This document shows, one piece after another, positions 1 to 8,246 of a stretch of 54,833 nucleotides of DNA (positions are counted from its first letter, which is position 1; each line of letters opens with the position of its first letter). The position numbers and the translations under genes were made by a program. Origin of the DNA: a virus (Duplodnaviria; Caudoviricetes); IMG/VR virus record IMGVR_UViG_3300020042_001691, positions 1 to 54,833 of that record. One strand, 5' to 3'. The notes beneath the pieces are model-generated. The model did no database searches and was not told the origin of the DNA. It was given only the letters and a program-made list of their open reading frames with translations.

Positions 1-180
1 CAGGCCACTTTCGCTGCTTATGTGCGGTGGGAGTTGATCCCATGTGAGTTCATGGAAGTGGACGAGACACTTGCCAACATGGAGGAGTGCATCAACATGG
101 AGGGAGACACTGAGCCATGTTCCTCTTGGGTTGCCAGAGTGGTTCGCAATAGCAATAAGGAGGAGTGTATCAACTCATAA
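1..180 (+). CDS. 3' end of a hypothetical protein (5'-truncated by window)
   Basis: Frame 1 is open from base 1 to TAA at 178-180 (QATFAAYVRWELIPCEF...KEECINS*) and ends just before a promoter. Confidence 0.5.
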   Translation, partial: QATFAAYVRWELIPCEFMEVDETLANMEECINMEGDTEPCSSWVARVVRNSNKEECINS

Positions 181-197
181 ATTCTGAAGTAAAACCC

Positions 198-226
198 TTG
201 ACATACATCACATTTCCCCCTATAAT
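198..226 (+). promoter_or_regulatory. Consensus sigma70 early promoter
   Basis: TTGACA (198-203), 17 bp spacer, TATAAT (221-226), in the intergenic region upstream of the early gene cluster. Confidence 0.9.
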
Positions 227-323
227 GGGGTCTCAAGCGCGGAGAGTGCTTGAGATGTGCAGTGTTCTACATTCAGTTGTTTAACCGATCAGGCTACCCT
301 GATCACTTAGTTAGGAGACAGTT

Positions 324-665
324 ATGGGCAAGATGAAAGAGTTGGCAATGGATATGGGTCTGCTAGACGATGACTACATCGAACCTATGGCGGACAAGAT
401 GGTATGTACGTTTCCCCCTGTGCGCGTTGGCAAGCGCATCAGCGTGCATACGTTGCGTTTGGTATCACGCAACCCTGAAGCGTTCCTCAAGTGGTGCGAG
501 GATCGCACTCCGTTCAGCAAGCGGTATCTCGCTGAGTGGCAAGACCCCATCGAGGGTTACACCGTGCATCACGCACGGTACAAGGTTGCTGACTGGATCG
601 TTACGTTCCTTCTGGAGCGTGGCGAGATTACCCAGTACAACTACACCCACATCACGGCAGACTGA
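324..665 (+). CDS. Hypothetical early protein (113 aa)
   Basis: AGGAG RBS upstream of ATG; first gene after the promoter. Confidence 0.75.
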   Translation: MGKMKELAMDMGLLDDDYIEPMADKMVCTFPPVRVGKRISVHTLRLVSRNPEAFLKWCEDRTPFSKRYLAEWQDPIEGYTVHHARYKVADWIVTFLLERGEITQYNYTHITAD

Positions 666-666
666 C

Positions 667-876
667 ATGCATATCAAACCCGTATGCAAAGAGTGTGGAG
701 ATACGTTCGCGTCCGCGCGGCGACAGGCAGGGTATCGCTTGTGTATGCCGTGCGGCGAGGACAAGGCGCTGACTGACCGCAAGGGATGGACAGTAGCGCC
801 AATGGCGAAGAGCAATTACATGCTCTTCACGGATCAGACCCTGCTGAAGGGTCTCAACAAGTACGCAAACAACTAG
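667..876 (+). CDS. Small C4 zinc-finger protein, DksA/TraR-finger-like (69 aa)
   Basis: MHIKPVCKECGDTFASARRQAGYRLCMPCGE = CxxC-x15-CxxC with the R-x-x-A pattern of DksA/TraR fingers; real start is ATG 667 inside ORF 370..876. Confidence 0.65.
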   Translation: MHIKPVCKECGDTFASARRQAGYRLCMPCGEDKALTDRKGWTVAPMAKSNYMLFTDQTLLKGLNKYANN

Positions 877-885
877 GAGTTCACT

Positions 886-1128
886 ATGGCTATGAATACT
901 AAACTGATCATGACGAGCATCGACAGGGACGACCTCTTGAGCGAGGCTCTCGATGAGTTCCACGGGTACAGGCTCTACCTGAAGCACTGCGCTGTCTTCG
1001 GCAAGGACGACGATGCCGTTGCCGATGCACGGGCGAAGTACGAGAACAATGACTTCAAGGCACGACTCAAGGACTTCCTTGACGCTGCTGCGAAGATCAA
1101 CGCAGCGATCACCATCGCATCTATCTAA
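886..1128 (+). CDS. Hypothetical protein (80 aa)
   Basis: AGGAG RBS; tight operon packing. Confidence 0.7.
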   Translation: MAMNTKLIMTSIDRDDLLSEALDEFHGYRLYLKHCAVFGKDDDAVADARAKYENNDFKARLKDFLDAAAKINAAITIASI

Positions 1129-1156
1129 CCATTCACCACAACCTGAGGAGTTAATT

Positions 1157-2101
1157 ATGCAACTGTCCCAACCGCAACACATCATCTCGCTGCATACATC
1201 AGCGAAGTTGGTCTCTATCGAAGTGACAACGTGGTCCGCTACCAAGCGCGACAAGACCATCTCCGATGAGGTTACCTCATCCAAACGCGCATCGGCTGGC
1301 TCTGGTGATTTCACCAAGAAGCTGATGGCTGGCAATCTCACGCACAAGGCGCTCTGCAACTATCGGCAGACCGTTGCTAACTGGCTTCATCGTCTCAGTT
1401 TCGATTGGCATGGCAAGCAGAAGATGCTCCCTGCCCCATGCGTGGCAAAGTTCAAGACCGAGTGGGTTGCTCACGAGGCGGCGTTCAACGGACTCAAGGC
1501 CAAGTTCCTCGGTGAGTACAAGCACATCATCAGCAACATGGCGTTTGAGTTGGGCGATATGTTTGATGCGTCTAACTATCCGACGCTGGCGCAAGTGGAC
1601 GCCAAGTTCAGCATGAGCTATATGCTGACCGATGTTCCGATGAATGACTTCCGGGTGAATATCTCTTCAGAGTTGGCTGATGACTTGCATAAGCATTACG
1701 AGATCCAAACCCAGAAGATCCTCGACGCTGCGATGGACAAAGCGGCGACGCGACTGCTGACGTTTGCTGAACGGATCTCGGCATCGTGCGAGGAAGTGCA
1801 TGATGAAGTGCTGGACGATGGCACTGTCAAGAAGGCGCGTAAGCGCAAGATCGTGGACGGCACGTTCGATCAGGCCAAGGAGTTGTGTGTGGTCCTCAAG
1901 GACTTCAACCTGACCAACAATTCGCAGTTGGAAGCAGCGCGAGCATCACTTGAGGCAACGCTGGGCGGATTCACAACGGATGATCTGCGTGAGCGTGCGA
2001 CTGCACGCAAGGCAGTCAAGGATGAAGTGGATGAGATCCTTAGCCAATTCGGATCTCTCCGCACGCGCCGTGATGACGACGATGAGGACGGCGATGAGTA
2101 A
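1157..2101 (+). CDS. Conserved helical phage protein, possibly DUF3150-like (314 aa)
   Basis: GAGGAG RBS before ATG 1157; largely helical composition with acidic tail; lies upstream of an AAA/VWA pair; family assignment is inference. Confidence 0.6.
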   Translation: MQLSQPQHIISLHTSAKLVSIEVTTWSATKRDKTISDEVTSSKRASAGSGDFTKKLMAGNLTHKALCNYRQTVANWLHRLSFDWHGKQKMLPAPCVAKFKTEWVAHEAAFNGLKAKFLGEYKHIISNMAFELGDMFDASNYPTLAQVDAKFSMSYMLTDVPMNDFRVNISSELADDLHKHYEIQTQKILDAAMDKAATRLLTFAERISASCEEVHDEVLDDGTVKKARKRKIVDGTFDQAKELCVVLKDFNLTNNSQLEAARASLEATLGGFTTDDLRERATARKAVKDEVDEILSQFGSLRTRRDDDDEDGDE

Positions 2102-2180
2102 AGAAGATTTTGTTCTGAGGTGCGTGATGGTCGTTGCGGCCATCGTTGTTTGTTTAGATGTTTTTTATTGGAGGCCATAA
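2094..2180 (+). CDS. Small membrane peptide (28 aa)
   Basis: MSKEDFVLRCVMVVAAIVVCLDVFYWRP; GAGGA RBS; overlaps both neighbours; single hydrophobic segment. Confidence 0.55.
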   Translation: MSKEDFVLRCVMVVAAIVVCLDVFYWRP

Positions 2181-2464
2181 TGAGACTTACCAAGCAACAG
2201 ATGATTGAAGCAATGGAGTTGGAAGAGAAGCAGTTGGCACTCGATGAGATTGTCGAGGGCAAGTGCCTTGAACTGCTGGAGGAAGTACGGCAGATAGAGG
2301 GCTATGGAACCAAGGAGTATGTCTACCTGCTGTGCTGCATGGTTGTGTGCGGAGCGCAAGCTGTCGGCTGGGAGAACGAGGACATCATCCGGGGAGTGGT
2401 ATCCCTGATGCCCAATTTGTACGAAGATCTTAAAATGAAGGAGGCTGACACCCTGAGAAATTGA
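2180..2464 (+). CDS. Hypothetical protein (94 aa)
   Basis: GGAGG RBS; TAATG stop/start coupling at 2178-2182. Confidence 0.7.
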   Translation: MRLTKQQMIEAMELEEKQLALDEIVEGKCLELLEEVRQIEGYGTKEYVYLLCCMVVCGAQAVGWENEDIIRGVVSLMPNLYEDLKMKEADTLRN

Positions 2465-2520
2465 CAAAGCAGTTAATCATTAGTTCACTCATTCAGTTAC
2501 ATATTAGTTAAGGAAACATT

Positions 2521-3603
2521 ATGAATACTACCGTTCAATTCTCCCCCAAGGCTTCCCTCGCTGAAGCCGCAACCATCATCGAAGTCGTCGGTGATACGTC
2601 CACCTGTATCTTGCTGGGCGAACCCGGTATCGGCAAGACCCAGATCCTCAAGACCCTTGAGGAACGTCTCGGTGATGCGTATGATTATGTGTATGTCGAT
2701 TGTCCTCTCAAGGAATTGATGGACATCGGCGCGAACATCCCTAACCATGAGGATCGTGCGCTGACGTACTACGTCGCGGGTCTCTTCAAGCTGTCGGGTC
2801 CGGGCGCGAATCGTCCCAAGGTCATCATGTTGGACGAGGTCTTCAAGACAGACAAAATGATGAGGAAGATCTTTACCCGTCTCATCCTTGAGCGTTACGT
2901 AGGGGATCTGCCCCTCCCTGAAGGCTCAATCGTATTCGGTACGTCTAACAACGTGACCGATGGTGTGGGTGACGTACTTGAGGGTCACGTTGGTTCGCGG
3001 GTTATGCTGGTCCCTATCCGCAAGCCAAACGCTACGGAGTACAACTCTTGGGCGGGCAAGCACGGCGTCTCACCTGTGACTCGTGCGTGGGTGGCGTCAA
3101 CCCCACGTTGTATGCATAGCTACACCGATGGTAATCAGGACGACAACCCGTTCATCTTCAACCCAAAGAAGAACACCAAGCAATACGTGTGTGGGCGCTC
3201 GCTTACGAAGGCTGACATCGCTGTCATCCAGCGTAGGGATAAGTTCAGCGAGAACGAGATGATGGTCGCACTGGTCGGTCTGGTCGGTGAGTCTGCTGCG
3301 CGTTCGATGATGGCGTTCGTTCAAGTTCAGCACAAGATGATCAAGTTCGAGAATGTGCTGGCTGATCCGAAGGGTGTGTCTATGCCTGATGACATCGCTG
3401 TGCAACTTATGATGATGATGGAGGCGACGGACAAACTGAACACGCAGGATGAGTTGTCTGCGTACATGGAGTTCGTCAACCGGATCAAGTCGTCCGAGAT
3501 CCAAGCCATCTTCTTTACCATGATGAGCAAGGATCGTATGAAGCTGGCGCGTTACAACCAGCAGATCAACGAGTGGTCGCACAAAAACTTCGAGCTTATC
3601 TAA
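2521..3603 (+). CDS. MoxR-like AAA+ ATPase
   Basis: Walker A GEPGIGKT, Walker B VIMLDE, sensor-1 GTSN; directly upstream of a VWA gene. Confidence 0.88.
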   Translation: MNTTVQFSPKASLAEAATIIEVVGDTSTCILLGEPGIGKTQILKTLEERLGDAYDYVYVDCPLKELMDIGANIPNHEDRALTYYVAGLFKLSGPGANRPKVIMLDEVFKTDKMMRKIFTRLILERYVGDLPLPEGSIVFGTSNNVTDGVGDVLEGHVGSRVMLVPIRKPNATEYNSWAGKHGVSPVTRAWVASTPRCMHSYTDGNQDDNPFIFNPKKNTKQYVCGRSLTKADIAVIQRRDKFSENEMMVALVGLVGESAARSMMAFVQVQHKMIKFENVLADPKGVSMPDDIAVQLMMMMEATDKLNTQDELSAYMEFVNRIKSSEIQAIFFTMMSKDRMKLARYNQQINEWSHKNFELI

Positions 3604-3642
3604 TAGATCAGCCGACCCTGAACCCTTAAACAACTAGGAGTT

Positions 3643-4890
3643 ATGACTATGGATATTGGAACCCGTATCAAGAAGGCGCACATCCGCCTGATGAAGCACC
3701 CAGAGACTGCGCTCTACTCGGGCGTGATGATGATGGGCAAGTCGGAGGTGACGGAGCGCGAGATCACTGCGTACACCGATGGTGTCAACAAAATCTACGG
3801 CAAGAAGTTCTCGGAGAATCTTACCGACGAGATGCTGCGTGGTCTCATCATGCACGAGAACTTGCACGTAGCGTTGCGCCACCTGATTCACAACAAGGAT
3901 CTGTTCACCAAGAACAAGAAGATCGCTAACTGTGCGGCTGACTACGTGGTCAACGGCATCATCAACGACATCAAGGACAAGGCGCTGTGCAAGCTGCCTA
4001 TGGGCGCACTGGTTGACGACAAGTATCGTGATATGTCGATGCGTGAAGTCTATCGGTTGTTGGAAGATAAGTACAAAGAAAAGGAACCACCGGATGACGA
4101 AGGTGACGACGAGGGTGGGGACGAGGGTGATGGCCCATCGGGTGATGGACCTACGGGTAAGTCCGAGGATGGCAAGCGCGGTAAGCCGAAGGATAATATC
4201 CCTGACCCGCTCGATGAACACGACTCAGATAGCACCCCAGAGTCGGCTGAAGAGTTGAAGAAGGTAAGCGATGCGGTGGACAACGCATTGCGTGAGGGTG
4301 GCATCCTCGCTGGTCGGTTGGGTATACAGATCCCACGGGCAATCGAGGAGTCGTTGGAGCCGCGAGTGGACTGGCGTACTGAACTCATGGAGTTCATTAC
4401 ATCTACCATGAAGGGCAGCGATGAATATACATGGAAGCGGTACAACCGCCGCACCATCGACTATGCATTGATGCCTACTACCGAGAACGAGAAGATCAGC
4501 GAGCTTGTGGTGGCGTTCGATACTTCAGGCTCTATCGGTGGTGCGGTGCTGTCTATGTTTGCGGGGGAACTAGCATCAATCTGTACGCTTGTCCAACCGG
4601 ACGTTGTGCGGGTGATCTGGTGGGATGCGATGGTTCACGGTGAGCAGATCTTCACTGACAACTACGAGAACATCGCAGCGTTGCTCAAGCCCTTGGGCGG
4701 TGGCGGCACTAACGTGTCGTCAGTGTCTAGGTATATTGTGGAGAAGAAGTATGAGCCAGACTGTGTCGTGGTCTTCACTGATGGTTATGTGGAGGATTCG
4801 ATCCAGTGGAATGTGACGGCCCCGACGATGTGGTTCGTTACGGACAACCGGAGTCGCTCGTTCCCCGGCAAGGTGGTGAAGGTCGATTGA
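3643..4890 (+). CDS. HEXXH metallopeptidase-like domain + acidic linker + VWA domain (DUF2201-like)
   Basis: AYTDG and HENLH in the N-terminal part; MIDAS DTSGS, GGGGT and VVFTDGY in the C-terminal part. Confidence 0.88.
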   Translation: MTMDIGTRIKKAHIRLMKHPETALYSGVMMMGKSEVTEREITAYTDGVNKIYGKKFSENLTDEMLRGLIMHENLHVALRHLIHNKDLFTKNKKIANCAADYVVNGIINDIKDKALCKLPMGALVDDKYRDMSMREVYRLLEDKYKEKEPPDDEGDDEGGDEGDGPSGDGPTGKSEDGKRGKPKDNIPDPLDEHDSDSTPESAEELKKVSDAVDNALREGGILAGRLGIQIPRAIEESLEPRVDWRTELMEFITSTMKGSDEYTWKRYNRRTIDYALMPTTENEKISELVVAFDTSGSIGGAVLSMFAGELASICTLVQPDVVRVIWWDAMVHGEQIFTDNYENIAALLKPLGGGGTNVSSVSRYIVEKKYEPDCVVVFTDGYVEDSIQWNVTAPTMWFVTDNRSRSFPGKVVKVD

Positions 4891-4908
4891 TTCGATAACA
4901 CCGAAAGC

Positions 4909-4937
4909 GCACGGTAACAGGACCAATGTTACCGTGC
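4909..4937. repeat. Perfect 11-bp inverted repeat (hairpin or operator)
   Basis: GCACGGTAACA-ggaccaa-TGTTACCGTGC in the intergenic region; no U-tract. Confidence 0.7.
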
Positions 4938-4964
4938 ATCAGTTCAATACAGTAGGAGATACAA

Positions 4965-5921
4965 GTGGATATTTTACGCAATCTTAATAAGTATTTGTTC
5001 AACCCTGACGCTGCCCTCGAATCCAACCTGAAGGTTCTGGAACGCCTAAATGACCATTCACGGTATGCTGAACCCTTATTCAATGCAACCGCTGAGTTCT
5101 GTGCAGAATTCAACCTGAGGATTGACGGCGCGGCAAACGGGCGATCAGGCCAGATGTTTCTGGTCACCCCGAACGGGTTCTATGCGGGTGAGATACAAAT
5201 AGAATCTGACCGCAACAGCGACACGGTCTACACCTACAGCAACCGATTTACTGTCAAGAAGGAGCGAGGGGGCGCTGGTCGATCTTCCAAGAAACTTCCC
5301 TCACTCATCCGCGCGGTGAAGAAGAACGACGAGATTGGCACGGACAAGTCCTGCATTGATCGGTATACAGCACAGGTCAGTAACGGACTCAACAACATCA
5401 AGCAAAACACTAGGGGGGTCAAGATGACCAACTATGGGTTTGGTGATGAGTTCGCGCTCGACATTGTGATGGCGGCTGCTGGTCTGAAGGAAGTTACGCA
5501 TGAGAACCAGCAGAGGGCCATGAATCTGTGTACGCAATACACCAATGATCTGGCACTCAACAAGAACGCTGGAGACATCAAGTCTCGGTTCAAGGACGGT
5601 GGGTTCTATGTGGTCGGGCTTGCGAGTGAGGATCACGACTTCAAGCGTAGCGAACTCCGCGCTTACATCGGTGAAGGCATACACGTCGATGGCAACCTAA
5701 AACTCAATGACATGAAAGCTAAGAATTCTCTAGGTGATAACTTCTTTATCACCACGGCGATAGCCCACGCCAAGACCAAGTATGAATCGCAGTCCGTTGG
5801 ATACGTCAAGAACATGTATAAGATTCCGTTCATTGACAAGTACGACGATGAGCTTGATATGGTGATTGCTTATCAAGACCACACGATTGTATGGGTTCTT
5901 ATTCCTAAGGTCGCCCCTTGA
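4965..5921 (+). CDS. Hypothetical protein (318 aa)
   Basis: AGGAG RBS, GTG start, long ORF. Confidence 0.8.
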   Translation: MDILRNLNKYLFNPDAALESNLKVLERLNDHSRYAEPLFNATAEFCAEFNLRIDGAANGRSGQMFLVTPNGFYAGEIQIESDRNSDTVYTYSNRFTVKKERGGAGRSSKKLPSLIRAVKKNDEIGTDKSCIDRYTAQVSNGLNNIKQNTRGVKMTNYGFGDEFALDIVMAAAGLKEVTHENQQRAMNLCTQYTNDLALNKNAGDIKSRFKDGGFYVVGLASEDHDFKRSELRAYIGEGIHVDGNLKLNDMKAKNSLGDNFFITTAIAHAKTKYESQSVGYVKNMYKIPFIDKYDDELDMVIAYQDHTIVWVLIPKVAP

Positions 5922-6331
5922 GTACGTTGGATGCTGACTACGATCTCAAATACAGCTTAGGGTTCAACCCCGGCAATCTTGTACCGCCCATAGCCCACAA
6001 GGTTATGGACGGTGTTCACTACAGGATGTATGTCGAGAACATCAATGATGTATATCACTTGCATGTGGGTACAAAGCATGTGCGTAGGTATACAGCCGAG
6101 CATCTACCGAACTGTGTCAAGGAGGCAATCGCGTTTGCGAACTCATTTCCAATCGTCAAGAACAACGCATGGGAGTGGGGCAACACGTATGAGAACAACC
6201 ACCATCCCGACCTAGAGATGATTGGGTGGAGGACGAAGTTCGTAACCCCCGCTCTAGTTGTCTATAGACGTATACGTGAAGCATACATCATTGTCGTAAC
6301 CCGAACCTTCTTAGAGGAACTCAGTGGCTAA
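5918..6331 (+). CDS. Hypothetical protein (137 aa)
   Basis: TTGA start/stop overlap with the upstream gene. Confidence 0.7.
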   Translation: MSTLDADYDLKYSLGFNPGNLVPPIAHKVMDGVHYRMYVENINDVYHLHVGTKHVRRYTAEHLPNCVKEAIAFANSFPIVKNNAWEWGNTYENNHHPDLEMIGWRTKFVTPALVVYRRIREAYIIVVTRTFLEELSG

Positions 6332-6620
6332 AACTCCCGAGGCAGCAGTCAAGGACAAGGTGGGCGCAATCTTGAAAGAGGTGGGCGCGTACTCATGCAA
6401 GCCCGTCACAGGTGGGTATGGGGCGTCTGGCGTTCCCGACATCCTTGCCTGCTACCGAGGGAGATTTTTCGGAATTGAATGTAAGGCCAAGGGAAATAAA
6501 ACCACGGCTCTACAGGATTTCAACTTGGCGCAAATCAAAGCGGCAGGGGGTGTGGCGTTGGTCATAGATGAGGTCAACGTCCACACCCTCAAAACAACCC
6601 TTCAGGAGAGTGTGAAGTGA
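6324..6620 (+). CDS. VRR-NUC domain nuclease (junction-resolving type)
   Basis: PE..VK, GVPD, FFGIECK and LQ motifs of the PD-(D/E)XK VRR-NUC family. Confidence 0.88.
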   Translation: MAKTPEAAVKDKVGAILKEVGAYSCKPVTGGYGASGVPDILACYRGRFFGIECKAKGNKTTALQDFNLAQIKAAGGVALVIDEVNVHTLKTTLQESVK

Positions 6621-6778
6621 AAATTGAACTGCTCAAAACATCCCGTAAACTCTGGCAACCGCTAGACTACATACCCCGTGAACTGACCCGCAAGAATCAA
6701 ATCAAGTGGGCACAGGCGGTCCAACGGCTTGGCGACAGGTGGTTGCTGGCTCAACAAATCGAACGCAAAGGAGACTGA
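6617..6778 (+). CDS. Small hypothetical protein (53 aa, not in ORF track)
   Basis: GTGA overlap with AGGAG RBS; MKIELLKTSRKLWQPLDYIPRELTRKNQIKWAQAVQRLGDRWLLAQQIERKGD fills the gap exactly. Confidence 0.65.
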   Translation: MKIELLKTSRKLWQPLDYIPRELTRKNQIKWAQAVQRLGDRWLLAQQIERKGD

Positions 6779-6780
6779 AC

Positions 6781-7152
6781 GTGGTATCCCTCAACCAGAA
6801 AATTTTTGACATCATCAAGTCCTGTCCTTACACGGATAGGTCCAACATCCACAGGACTATGCTTATCGCAGATGCAGATTACGTTGTGGTCTGCGGCAAT
6901 GCCGCCATCGCCCGTCTGCTTCGCGCGAAGTACATCAGGCGAGATTTGAATAGTCGTTTCGTAGCGCATGTAGATGCATACACGCCGTTGCCACCCTTCG
7001 CCAAAAATAAGAAGAAAAAGGTGAAGGCGAAGGTGAACCCCGCGATGAACGCATACCAGCACGTGTACACACCACCTCTACACACACCGCCGATCTCCGC
7101 TAAACCTAAGAAAAGTTTCTTCACAAAGCTGCGCGAATTGTTCAGTGATTGA
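6781..7152 (+). CDS. Hypothetical basic protein (123 aa)
   Basis: AAGGAG RBS before GTG 6781; Lys-rich C-terminal half. Confidence 0.6.
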   Translation: MVSLNQKIFDIIKSCPYTDRSNIHRTMLIADADYVVVCGNAAIARLLRAKYIRRDLNSRFVAHVDAYTPLPPFAKNKKKKVKAKVNPAMNAYQHVYTPPLHTPPISAKPKKSFFTKLRELFSD

Positions 7153-7436
7153 TGGCGGCAAAGATTACTCAAGGTTTTACTTGCCCGTGCGGAGCTTGGA
7201 CAAGAGTTCTGTCCACCCGGATGGGCAAGATAAGACGCCGCGAGTGTGCCAACTTGCACCGTTTCTACACAGAAGAGGTGATGGTTGGCCCTTCAAGTAC
7301 TCAATTCCAGCAGGAGAAAAAGAATGGCCCTGATATGGCGGTGTGCCTCACAAGCAGCGAAGGAATCTCTACGCAATCGGATACCGATTCAGGAGATCCT
7401 GAAGACTACGGGAACGGGATGGGAGATCCCGAATGA
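7152..7436 (+). CDS. NrdR-N-like zinc-ribbon protein
   Basis: CPCGAWTRVLSTR...IRRRECANLHRFYTEE resembles the NrdR N-terminal ribbon (CPxC...V..SR...RRRECxxCxxRFTTxE); no ATP-cone. Confidence 0.65.
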   Translation: MAAKITQGFTCPCGAWTRVLSTRMGKIRRRECANLHRFYTEEVMVGPSSTQFQQEKKNGPDMAVCLTSSEGISTQSDTDSGDPEDYGNGMGDPE

Positions 7437-7515
7437 TATGCAACCGCCAGACGACTTGTCGGCGCGAGAACTAGCATCATGGGTCCGCGAGGTCGCTAGG
7501 CCATGCGTGTCGTGA
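7324..7515 (+). CDS. Hypothetical protein (63 aa)
   Basis: AGGAG RBS before ATG 7324; overlaps the tail of the upstream ORF. Confidence 0.5.
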   Translation: MALIWRCASQAAKESLRNRIPIQEILKTTGTGWEIPNDMQPPDDLSARELASWVREVARPCVS

Positions 7516-7676
7516 TCTTTGGCATCACCATGCTGCTGTTTCTGTACGCCTGTACGCAGCCGCCTGAGATGCCTGAAGAAGATGAGAACGACATCTATCG
7601 TTGCTATCTCAACAAGGATGGCACGTTGCTCATCTGCCCCGAGAAGATAAAGCCGACGAGGGTGGCGCGTGATTAG
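7503..7676 (+). CDS. Small putative lipoprotein (57 aa, not in ORF track)
   Basis: MRVVIFGITMLLFLYA|CTQPP...: basic N-terminus, hydrophobic core, lipobox-like LYAC. Confidence 0.55.
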   Translation: MRVVIFGITMLLFLYACTQPPEMPEEDENDIYRCYLNKDGTLLICPEKIKPTRVARD

Positions 7677-7863
7677 TTGGGACAAAGCGCAGGAGATCGT
7701 TCGCTTGCTGGAGGTAGTCAAGGAAGACAGCCGCCGCGAGTCTCTGATGGTGCTGCTCAAGGTCGAAGGCTATCGACTGCCACGGGCCGTGCCGTCTGCT
7801 CAGTTGTTTGATTTGTATAAATTGACGGAGTTTATCCGGGTTTATGCTGTGGAGATAAAGTGA
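7669..7863 (+). CDS. Hypothetical protein (64 aa)
   Basis: Overlapping-gene packing; GAGGG upstream. Confidence 0.55.
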   Translation: MISWDKAQEIVRLLEVVKEDSRRESLMVLLKVEGYRLPRAVPSAQLFDLYKLTEFIRVYAVEIK

Positions 7864-8246
7864 TGGTAAAGGCAATAGGGTTCACCCGCTTGTGTTGGGA
7901 CTGCAAGGGCAAGAAGATTGCCTTGGGCGGTAAGTTGGACAAAATGAAACTGTGGCGGTGCGCCGCCTGTGTAGGAGTTAACGTGAAGTGGGATATGAAA
8001 GATTTGTATAAAGACAGATGGCACAAAGGCCCACCCCCGAGCATTGGCTGGTGGCCGACGAAGCATTACCACAGGAGGGACAGCGCAACTTACCGCTGGT
8101 GGGACGGTGAGTGCTGGTCATGGGTAGCATTTGCTCATGAGTCGGCTGAGAAAGCCGCTCGCTGGGCGGCGAAGAAAGAAACGATGCACGTTGATATCGA
8201 ATGGGCAGACCGTCCTAAAAATTGGCCCGAAAGGAGCAAAACATGA
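7860..8246 (+). CDS. Hypothetical protein: N-terminal CxxC..CxxC finger + Trp-rich domain
   Basis: CWDC...CAAC followed by WHKGPPPSIGWWP...RWWDGECWS; internal AGGAG-GTG at 7983. Confidence 0.65.
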   Translation: MMVKAIGFTRLCWDCKGKKIALGGKLDKMKLWRCAACVGVNVKWDMKDLYKDRWHKGPPPSIGWWPTKHYHRRDSATYRWWDGECWSWVAFAHESAEKAARWAAKKETMHVDIEWADRPKNWPERSKT

